64,000 nucleotides of DNA from Pecten maximus (Eukaryota): contig NC_047017.1 of assembly GCF_902652985.1 (NCBI RefSeq), positions 26,598,001-26,662,000 of the forward strand, given 5' to 3'. The notes beneath the pieces were generated by a model. The model was not told where the DNA came from, searched no databases, and saw nothing but the letters and a program-made list of their open reading frames with translations. Below are positions 53,901 to 64,000 of this stretch, in pieces (within the stretch, counting starts at the first letter, position 1; each line of letters starts with the position of its first letter). The position numbers were made by a program, and so were the translations under genes.

Positions 53901-56900
53901 TTATCGTGGAAATTGTATCAGGGTAATCGTGGACTTGTAATCATTTTAGTCTGGAGGGTATTTTATCAGTTTAGTTGGGGGTTTACTTGTCATCAGTGGT
54001 ATCGTGGGAATTTTTCTCTTTAAATCGGAATTGTATCAGTGGTTCGGGGAGACTTGTATGTGGTAGTGGGGAATTGTCATCAGGGAAAGTGGGACATGTT
54101 ACTTTTGATCGGGCATTGTCATCAGGGGTGCGGGATAATTGTCTCAGGGGTTCGGGGGGCATTGTCATGTTATGTGGATCTTGATCAGTTTATCGTGGGG
54201 ACTGTCATCAGTTTTTTTGAGAGACGGATCTGGTAGTCGGGGGGAGACATGTCACAGGAGTCGTGAGACATTGCATCGGGGTACTGGAGACTTGTCATCA
54301 GTGGTATCGTGGAGAATTGTCACTTTTTTTGGTGGACATGTTCATTGAGTCGTGGAAAGAAGTATCGTTGAGTGTGAAAATTTCAGTGTAGTCGGGATAT
54401 TTTGTATCAGTGGAGTCGGGGGAATTGCATCATTTGTAGCCTGGATTTTTTTCAGTTGTGTCGTGGACATTGTCATAAATGGTTTAGTTGAAATTTTTTC
54501 ACGTGGTTCCGTAGTTTTTTTTCCGTTTTATCGTAAAGACATTGTAATCAGTGGATTGGTATTGTCCATGGTGGTGAACTTTGTTCAGTGGAGTCGTGGA
54601 CTTGTCATCAGTTTGTCGTAAAGAATTGTCCCAGTTGAGTCGTGGAGACATGTCACAGTTGAAATCGTGGAACATTGTTATCGTTGTAAGGGGATACTTA
54701 CGTGGTAATCATTGTCATCAGTGGTAGTCGTGGATAATTTGTCATCATTGGTGGTCGTGAAAGATCAGGGTAGTGTGAAAATTGTTAATTTGTTAGTTGG
54801 AATACTTGTCATCAGTGTTAGTCGGGCGCATTGTCATCAGTTGTGGGTGGAAACTGGTATATTTGTTAGTCGTGGATACTTGTCATCAATGGTAGTTGTA
54901 GATACTTTGTATCAGTGGTACAACAGTACTTTAAGCTGAAACATTGTATCAGTTTATCGTGTGAGACATGTTCAGTTGTAGTCGTGAAGATATTGTCATC
55001 AGTTTTAGTTGTGGAGACATTGTCATCAGTTGTAGTCGTAGAGACATGGTCATCAGTTGTAGTCGTGGTGATATAATTATCAGTTGTAGTCGTGGATACT
55101 TTGTCATCAGTTGTAGTCGTGGCGACATTGTCATCAGTTGTAGTCATAGAGACGTTGTCATCAGTGGTAGTCGTAGAGACATTGTCATCAGTTTTAGTCG
55201 TAGAGACATTGTCATCAGTGGTAGTCGTGGAGACATTGTCATCTGTTGTAGTCGTGAAGACATTGTCATTAGTAGAAGCCGTGGAAACATTGTCAGCAGT
55301 GGTAATCGTTGAGACATTGTCATCAGTGGGAGTCCTGGTGACATTGTCATCAGTTGTAGTCGTGGCGACATTGTCATCAGTTGTAGTCGTAGAGACGTTG
55401 TCATCAGTTGTAGTCGTGAAGAAGTTGTCATCAGTTGTAGTCGTGGAGACATTGTCAACAGTTGTAATCGTGGAGACATTGTTATCGGTTGTAGTCGTGG
55501 TTACATTGTCATCAGTGGTAGTCGTGGATACATTGTCATCAGTGGTAGTCGGGGGAACATTGTCATCATTTGTAGCTCTGGATACTTTGTCATCAGTTGT
55601 AGTCGTGGCGACATTGTCATCAGTTGTAGTCGTAGAGACGTGTTCATTAGTGGTAGTCGTGGAGACATTGTCATCAATGGTAGTTGTAGATACTCTGTCA
55701 TCAGTGGTAGTCGTGAAAACATTGTCATCAGTTTTAGTCGTGAAGACATTGTAATCAGTTGTAGTCGTGAAGATATTGTCATCAGTGGTAGTTGTAGATA
55801 CTTTGTTATCAGTGGTAGTCGTGGATATATTGTCATCAGTTATAGTCGTGGAGACATTGTCATCAGTTGTAGTCGTGGTGACATTGTCATCAGTTGTAGT
55901 CGTGGATATATTGTTATCAGTGGTAATCGTGGAGACATTGTTATCAGTTGTAGTCGTGGAGATATTGTTATCAGTGGTAGTCTTGGAGATATTTTTATCA
56001 GTGGTAGTCGTGGAGACATTGTCATCGGTTGTAGTCGTGTAGAGATTGTCATCAGTTGTAGTCGTGGAGACATTGTCATTAGTGGGAGTCGTGGAGACAT
56101 TGTCATCAGTGGTAATCGCGGAGACATTGTCATCAGTGGTAATCGTGGAGACATTGTCATCAGCTGTAGTTGTGGAGACATTGTCATCAGTTGTAGTCGT
56201 AGAGACATGGTCATCAGTTGTAGTCGTGGTGATATTATTATCAGTTGTAGTCGTGGATACTTTGTCATCAGTTGTAGTCGTGGCGACATTGTCATCAGTT
56301 GTAGTCGTAGAGACGTTGTCATCAGTGGTAGTCGTGGAGACATTGTCATCAGTTTTAGTCGTAGAGACATTGTCATCAGTGGTAGTCGTGGAGACAATGT
56401 CATCTGTTGTAGTCGTGAAGACATTGTCATTAGTAGTAGTCGTGGAGACATTGTCAGCAGTGGTAATCGTTGAGACATTGTCATCAGTGGTAGTCCTGGA
56501 GACATTGTCATCAGTTGTAGTCGTTGCGACATTGTCATCAGTTGTAGTCGTGGCGACATTGTCATCAGTTGTAGTCGTAGAGACGTTGTCATCAGTTGTA
56601 GTCGTGAAGAAGTTGTCATCAGTTGTAGTCGTGGAGACATTGTCATCAGTTGTAATCGTGGAGACATTGTTATCGGTTGTAGTCGTGGTTACATTGCCAT
56701 CAGTGGTAGTCGTGGTTACATTGTCATTAGTGGTAGTCGTGGATACATTGTCATCAGTGGTAGTCGTGGTGACATTGTCATCAGTTGTAGTCGTGAAGAC
56801 ATTGTCATCAGTTTTAGTCGAAGAGACATTGTTATCAGTTGTAGTCGTGGAGACATTGTCATTAGTGGGAGTCGTGGAGACATTGAAATCAGTTGTAGTC

Positions 56901-59900
56901 GTGGAGGCATTGTTACCAGTTCCAGTCGTGGAGACATTGTAATCAGTGGTAATCGTCGAGACATTGTAATCAGTTGTAGTCATGGAGATATTGTTATCAG
57001 TTGTAGTTGTGGATACATTGTCATCAGTGGTAGTCGTGGAGAAATTGTCATCAGTGGTAATCTTGGCGACATTGTTATCAGTGGTAATCGTGGAGACATT
57101 GTCATCAGTGGTAGTCGTGGAGACATTGTCATTAGTAGTAGTCGTGGATACATTGTCAGCAGTGGTAATCGTTGAACCATTGTCATCAGTTGTAGTCGTG
57201 GCGACATAGTCATCAGTTGTAGTCGTTGAGACGTGTCATTAGGTGTAGTCGTGGAGACATTGTCATCAGTGGTAGTCGTGGATATATTGTCATCATTGGT
57301 AGTCGTGAAAACATTGTCATCAGTTGTAGTCGTGAAGACATTGTCATCAATGGTAGTTTGTAGATACTTTGTATCAGTGGTAGTCGTGGATACATTGTCA
57401 TCAGTTTTAGTCGTGAAGACATTGTAATCAGTTGTAGTCGTGAAGATATTGTGATCAGTGGTAGTTGTAGATACTTTGTGATCAGTGGTAGTCGTGGATA
57501 CATTGTCATCAGTGGTAGTCGTGGAGACATGTCATCAGTTTGTAGTCGTGGAAAAAATTTTGTTTTGTCATCAGTGGTAGTTGTAGATACTTTGTCATCA
57601 GTGGTAGTCGTGGATACGTTGTCATCAGTTATAGTCGTGGATACATTGTCATCAGTTATAGTCGTGGAGTCATTGTCATCAGTGGTAGTCGTGTGAACAT
57701 TGTCATCAGTTGTAGCCCTGGATACTTTGTCATCAGTTGTATTCGTAGAGACATTGTTATCAGTTGTAGTCGTGGATACATTGTCATTAGTTGTGTCTAG
57801 AATACCTTGCCATCATGTAGTCGTGGAGACACTGTCATCAGTTGTAGCCCTGGGTACATTGTCATCAGTGGTAGTCGTGAGAACATTGTCATCAGTTGTA
57901 GTCGTGGAGACATTGTCATCAGTGGTAATCGTGGAGACATTGTTATCAGTTGTAGTCGTGGAGACATTGTTATCAGTTGTAGTCGTGGTGATATTGTTAT
58001 CAGTTGTAGTCGTGGATACTTTGTCATCAGTTGTAGTCGTGGCGACATTGTCATCAGTTGTAGTCGTAGAGACGTTGTCATCAGTGGTAGTCGTGGAGAC
58101 ATTGTCATCAGTTTTAGTCGTAGAGACATTGTCATCTGTTGTAGTCGTGAAGACATTGTCATTAGTAGTAGTCGTGGATACATTGTCAGCAGTGGTAATT
58201 GTTGAACCATTGTCATCAGTTGTAGTCGTGGCGACATAGTCATCAGTTGTAGTCGTTGAGACGTGTTCATTAGTGGTAGTCGTGGAGACATTGTCATCAG
58301 TGGTAGTCGTGGATATATTGTCATCATTGGTAGTCGTGAAAACATTGTCATCAGTTGTAGTCGTGAAGACATTGTCATCAATGGTAGTTGTAGATACTTT
58401 GTCATCAGTGGTAGTCGTGGATACATTGTCATCAGTTTTAGTCGTGAAGACATTGTAATCAGTTGTAGTCGTGAAGATATTGTCATCAGTGGTAGTTGTA
58501 GATACTTTGTTATCAGTGGTAGTCGTGGATACATTGTCATCAGTGGTAGTCGTGGAGACATTGTCATCAGTTGTAGTCGTGGAAACATTGTTATCAGTTG
58601 TAATCGTGGATACATTGTCATCAGTGGTAGTCGTGGAGACATTGTCATCAGTGGTAGTCGTGGTGACATTGTCATCAGTTGTAGTCGTGGAGATATTGTT
58701 ATCAGTTGTAGTCGTAGAGACATGGTCATCAGTTGTAGTCGTGGTGATATTGTTATCAGTTGTAGTCGTGGATACTTTGTCATCAGTTGTAGTCGTGGCG
58801 ACATTGTCATCAGTTGTAGTCGTAGAGACGTTTTCATCAGTGGTAGTCGTGGAGACATTGTCATCAGTTTTAGTCGTAGAGACATTGTCATCAGTGGTAG
58901 TCGTGGATACATTGTCATCTGTTGTAGTCGTGAAGACATTGTCATTAGTAGTAGTCGTGGATACATTGTCAGCAGTGGTAATCGTTGAACCATTGTCATC
59001 AGTGGTAGTCCTGGAGACATTGTCATCAGTGGGAGTCCTGGTGACATTGTCATCAGTTTAGTCGTGGCGACATTGTCATCAGTTGTAGTCGTGGAGACAT
59101 TGTCATCAGTTGTAGTCGTGGAGACATTGTCATCAGTTGTAGTCGTGGAGACATTGTCATCAGTTGTAGTCGTGGAGACATTGTTATCAGTTGTAGTCGT
59201 GGAGACATTGTCATCAGTTGTAGTCGTGGAGACATTGTCATCAGTGGTAGTCGTGGATACATTGTCATCAGTGGTAGTCGTGGATACATTGTCATCAGTG
59301 GTAGTCGTGGCGACATTGTCATCAGTTGTAGTCGTGAAGACATTGTCATCAGTGGTAGTCGTGGAGACATTGTCATCAGTGGGAGTCGTGGATACATTGT
59401 CATCAGTTGTAGTCGTGGAGACATTGTCATCAGTTTAGTCGTGGAGACATTGTCATCAGTTGTAGTCGTAGAGACATTGTCATCAGTGGTAGTCGTGGAG
59501 ACATTGTCATCAGTTGTAGTCGTGGAGACATTGTCATCAGTTGTAGTCGTGGATACATTGTCATTAGTTGTAGTCGTAGATACATTGCCATCAGTGGTAG
59601 TCGTGGAGACACTGTCATCAGTTGTAGCCCTGGGTACATTGTCATCAGTGGTAGTCGTGAGAACATTGTCATCAGTTGTAGTCGTGGAGACATTGTCATC
59701 AGTGGTAATCGTGGAGACATTGTCATCAGTGGTAATCGTGGAGACATTGTCATCAGTGGTAATCGTGGAGACATTGTCATCAGTGGTAGTCGTGGAGACA
59801 TTGTCATCAGTGGTAATCGTGGATATATTGTCATCAGTTGTAGTCGTGGAGAGATTGTCATCAGTTGTAGTTGTGGATAGATTGTTATCAGTTGTAGTCG

Positions 59901-62900
59901 TGTAGACATTGCCATCAGTTGTAGGCATGGAGACATTGTCATCAGTGGTAGTCGTGGAGACATTGTTATCAGTGGTAGTCGTGGAGATATTGTTATCCGT
60001 GGTAGTAATGTGAATATCAATATCGGCTAAAGTTGTTTCAAGATTATATGTTGTAGTCGTGTGAATACTATTGCTAGAGGTTTTCGAGGGAAAATTGTCA
60101 TCAGTAACAGTTGTAGGGAAATTATTAATAGCTGTAGTTGTGGGAATTTCATCATCAGTGGTAGTCTCAGAGGCATTGTCATTAGTTGTAGTCATGTGAA
60201 CATTACCAACATGAGTAGTAGTAGAGAGAACACTATCATCAGTTGAAGTCGTGTGAATATTGTCATCAGCTGTAACAGTAGGATTATTGACAGCAGTTGT
60301 GGTCGTATGAATATTGTTAGTAGCTGTAATCATGGGAACATTATTATTAGTTGTGGTTGCACTCGTTGGAACATAGTTATCAGTTGAAGTTGTAGGAACA
60401 GTGTCACTAGTTATAGTCGCAGGATCATGGTCAGCAGTTGCAGTCGTGGGAACATTCCTAGTAGCTGTGGTTATGGGAACATTGTATTCAGTTGAGGTTT
60501 TATTCTTAGGATCATTGTCAGCAGTTGTTGTCATGGGAACATTATTATGCGTTGATGATGCAGTCAAGGAAACATTGTCATCAGCTGTAGTCATTGGATC
60601 ATTGTTAGCAGTTGCAGTCGTGGGAACATTGTCAGTAAAAATAGCCATGGGAACATCATTATACGTTGAGATTGCAGTTAATGGACCATTGTCATCAGTT
60701 GTACTCGTGAGAATATTGTCAACGGTTGTAGTCATTAGAACATTATCTTTAGTTGATGTTGCAGTCGTGGGGACATTGTCATCAGTTGCAGTCGTGTACA
60801 CATTTTCAGTAGGTGTTGATATTGGAACATTACCATACGTTGAGGTTGTAGTCTTGAACTTGTCATCAACTGTAGTCGTAGGACGATTGTCAGCAGTTGT
60901 CGTGGGAACGTCATCACCAGCCTGAACTATAGGATCACTGTCAGGAGTTGTATCCATGGAGACATTATTATAAGTTAAGATTGCAGTCGTGGGAACATTG
61001 ACATCAGTTTTGGTCGTGGGGACATTTTCCTCAGATGCAGTCGTAGGACCATTCCCAGCAGTTATAGTCTTAGGAACATTTTCAGTAGCAGTGATGGGAA
61101 CATTATCATAGGTTGAGCTTGCAGTCATGGGAACATTGTTATCAGTTTTGGTCGTGGGAACATTTTCATCAGATACAGTCGTATGACCATTACCAGTGGT
61201 CGACGTTGTAGTCGTGAGAATATTATCAGTGGATTTAGTAATGGGAACATTATCATGAATAAATATTGCAGTCGTGGGAATATTGTCGTCAGCTGTTGTC
61301 AAGTGAACATTATCATTAGCTGAGGGTTTAGTCGTGGGAATATTGTTATTGGTTACAGTCGTGTGATCGTTATCATTAGTTGTCGTTATTGGTGTTTGAA
61401 CATGCGTTGTCATCGTGTGTACATTACCACCACTTGCCGTTGCCTGGATGTTGTCATTAGTTAATGTTGTCAAAGTGCCACTAAAGGATCTAATGTCCAC
61501 ATCGGTAGTAGAGGTGACGGTAGTCATATTGTCATCATATCCATTACCACCATTAGTAGATTTACCAGTATCCTTAACATCAGTAGACGAGCCATTTAAA
61601 GCACCACTGATTGTAGAGTTGCTAGTATTCACACTGTCAGTAATCGCCTCATTAATATCCAGGTTGGTAGTAGATATGTCGGTATTCAAAGTATCTAGAG
61701 ACGACCCATGCATGTCTGCATTGGTAATAGACGGGTCAGTATTCACATTGTCTTGAGACGACTCGTTGATGTCTACATTGGTAGCAGAGGTGCCGGTACT
61801 CACATTGTCTTGGGACGACCCTTGAGTGTCTACATTGGTAGCAGAGGTGCCGGTACTCACATTGTCTTGGGACGACCCTTGGGTGTCAGTATTGGTAGTA
61901 GATGGGTCAGTAATTACACTGTTTTGAGACGACCCTTGGGTGTCAGTATTGGTAGTAGATGGGTCAGTAATCACATTGATTTGAGACGACCCTTGGGTGT
62001 CAGTATTGGTAGTAGATGGGCCAGTAATTACATTGTTTTGAGACGACCCTTGGGTGTCAGTATTGGTAGTAGATGGGTCAGTAATTACATTGTTTTGAGA
62101 CGACCCTTGGATGTCAGTATTGGTAGTAGATGGGTCAGTAATCACACTGTTTTGAGACGACCCTTGGGTGTCAGTATTGGTAGTAGATGGGTCAGTAATC
62201 ACATTGATTTGAGACGACCCTTGGGTGTCAGTATTGGTAGTAGATGGGTCAGTAATCACATTGATTTGAGACGACCCTTGGGTGTCAGTATTGATAGTAG
62301 ATGGGCCAGTAATTACATTGTTTTGAGACGACCCTTGGATGTCAGTATTGGTAGTAGATGGGTCAGTAATTACACTGTTTTGAGACGACCCTTGGGTGTC
62401 AGTATTGGTAGTAGATGGGCCAGTAATTACATTGTTTTGAGACGACCCTTGGGTGTCAGTATTGGTAGTAGATGGGTCAGTAATTACATTGTTTTGAGAC
62501 GACCCTTGGATGTCAGTATTGGTAGTAGATGGGTCAGTAATTACACTGTTTTGAGACGACCCTTGGGTGTCAGTATTGGTAGTAGATGGGTCAGTAATCA
62601 CATTGATTTGAGACGACCCTTGGGTGTCAGTATTGGTAGTAGATGGGCCAGTAATTACATTGTTTTGAGACGACCCTTGGGTGTAAGTATTGGTAGTAGA
62701 TGGGTCAGTAATTACATTGTTTTGAGACGACCCTTGGATGTCAGTATTGGTAGTAGATGGGTCAGTAATTACACTGTTTTGAGACGACCCTTGGGTGTCA
62801 GTATTGGTAGTAGATGGGTCAGTAATTACATTGTTTTGAGACGACCCTTGGGTGTCAGTATTGGTAGTTGATGGGTCAGTAATCACATTGATTTGAGACG

Positions 62901-64000
62901 ACCCTTGGGTGTCAGTATTGGTAGTAGATGGGTCAGTAATTACATTGTCTTGGGACGACCCTTGGGTGTCAGTATTGGTAGTTGATGGGTCAGTAATCAC
63001 ATTGATTTGAGACGACCCTTGGGTGTCAGTATTGGTAGTAGATGGGCCAGTAATTACATTGTTTTGAGACGACCCTTGGGTGTCAGTATTGGTAGTAGAT
63101 GGGTCAGTAATCACATTGATTTGAGACGACCCTTGGGTGTCAGTATTGGTAGTAGATGGGTCAGTAATTACATTGATTTGAGACGACCCTTGGGTGTCAG
63201 TATTGGTAGTAGATGGGTCAGTAATCACATTGTCTTGGGACGACCCTTGGGTGTCAGTATTGGTAGTAGATTGGTCAGTAATCACATTGATTTGAGACGA
63301 CCCTTGGGTGTCAGTATTGGTAGTAGATGGGCCAGTAATCACATTGATTTGAGACGACCCTTGGGTGTCAGTATTGGTAGTAGATGGGTCAGTAATCACA
63401 TTGACTTGAGACGACCCTTGGGTGTCAGTATTGGTAGTAGATGGGTCAGTAATCACATTGTCTTGGGACGACCCTTGGGTGTCAGTATTGGTAGTAGATG
63501 GGTCAGTAATCACATTGATTTGAGACGACCCTTGGGTGTCAGTATTGGTAGTAGATGGGTCAGTAATCACATTATCTTGGGACGACCCTTGGGTGTCAGT
63601 ATTGGTAGTAGATGGGTCAGTAATCACATTGATTTGAGACGACCCTTGGGTGTCAGTATTGGTAGTAGATGGGTCAGTAATTACATTGATTTGAGACGAC
63701 CCTTGGGTGTCAGTATTGGTAGTAGATGGGTCAGTAATCACATTGATTTGAGACGACCCTTGGGTGTCAGTATTGGTAGTAGATGGGTCAGTAATTACAT
63801 TGATTTGAGACGACCCTTGGGTGTCAGTATTGGTAGTAGATGGGTCAGTAATCACATTGTTTTGAGACGACCCTTGGGTGTCAGTATTGGTAGTAGATGG
63901 GTCAGTAATTACATTGATTTGAGACGACCCTTGGGTGTCAGTATTGGTAGTAGATGGGTCAGAAATCACATTGATTTGAGACGACCCTTGAGTGTCTACA
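41035..64000 (-). CDS. Giant Thr/Asp-rich mucin-like protein with C-terminal SUEL lectin, PAN/apple and C-type lectin domains; 5' end outside the window
   Basis: The minus-strand frame is open at 64000 (VDTQGSSQIN...). The repeat exon ends at donor 43680. It is followed by exons 43397-43110, 42561-42304, 41978-41769 and 41255-41035 (TGA at 41037-41035), all joined in frame through phase-1 GT-AG introns. Continuity across 46.2-54.95 kb and across several 1-nt frameshifts is inferred, not seen. Confidence 0.75.
42304..42561 (-). CDS. Exon encoding a PAN/apple-like domain
   Basis: 258 nt, phase 1-1. LCGIHCRNDRTCLSFAFDPKYQICQGH fits the PAN core C-x3-C-x5-C-x-SF-x-F-x6-C. Confidence 0.8.
43110..43397 (-). 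CDS. Exon encoding a SUEL-type (galactose/rhamnose-binding) lectin domain
   Basis: 288 nt, phase 1-1: GSVLVCENDTKKIIC...IVEAWYGRND..TC...C.....CQNKNTC....YGNACVGKHAYLMLTYEC. It has 8 Cys in SUEL spacing and the YGR motif. Confidence 0.88.
43850..60000 (-). repeat. Coding 27-bp tandem repeat (9 aa, TTTTDDNVS); clean at about 43850-46200 and 54960-60000, degraded in between
   Basis: Plus-strand unit cattgtcatcagt[t/g]gtagtcgtggaga. Remnants of the unit persist through the degraded centre. Confidence 0.92.
46200..54950. other. Probable low-quality (unpolished long-read) assembly segment of the 27-bp array
   Basis: Repeat remnants with dense indels and inflated G/T/A homopolymers, no preserved frame, and fairly abrupt transitions to clean array on both sides. 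A smaller similar patch lies at about 45770-45960. Confidence 0.75.
61760..64000 (-). repeat. Coding 57-bp tandem repeat (19 aa, ITDPSTTNTDTQGSSQ[I/N/D]NV), about 39 copies, continuing past the window edge
   Basis: Plus-strand unit tcagtattggtagtagatgggtcagtaatcacattgatttgagacgacccttgggtg. Copies are nearly identical and the frame is unbroken. Confidence 0.95.

Noticed and set aside
46237-54939. Dozens of short ORFs in the degraded zone
   Set aside because: They have no coherent composition or motifs and are products of noisy repeat sequence.
43630-59440. Calling the mucin gene a pseudogene because of frameshifts
   Set aside because: The shifts are single-base indels inside near-identical repeats or in the noisy zone, while the unique exons are intact with canonical splice sites. 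Assembly error is more parsimonious, though unproven.
43709-62871. Long plus-strand ORFs (VVVVETLSS; VSIGSRWVSN...) and alternative minus frames (MTMSPRLQL)
   Set aside because: These are stop-free shadows of 27-bp and 57-bp units. Only the Thr-rich minus frame continues through the non-repetitive zone and splices to the domain exons.

Overview
AT-rich, intron-containing eukaryotic DNA. The repeat families suggest a bivalve mollusc, but that is inference. No prokaryotic-type systems, CRISPR arrays or structural RNA genes were seen. From left to right the window holds: (1) two tandem OATP/SLCO organic-anion transporter paralogues on + (4060-11902, about 665 aa; 14247-20896, about 684 aa) with matching exon structure, a recent gene-conversion tract and a GC-AG intron in copy 2; (2) a 5'-truncated CR1-group LINE with a 9-bp target-site duplication, inserted into a minisatellite; (3) a complete 9-exon ATG14 gene on + (27166-35297, about 482 aa) whose exon-7 splice donor is amplified into 13 tandem units; (4) a non-autonomous Helentron-type element carrying a 157-bp satellite; (5) the 3' part of a giant minus-strand gene, open at the right edge, encoding an acidic Thr-rich mucin stalk (19-aa and 9-aa repeats) followed by SUEL-lectin, PAN/apple and C-type-lectin domains. 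About 8.7 kb in the middle of the mucin array (about 46.2-54.95 kb) looks like unpolished, error-rich assembly. Exon boundaries were read by hand and checked for frame continuity; none is transcript-verified.
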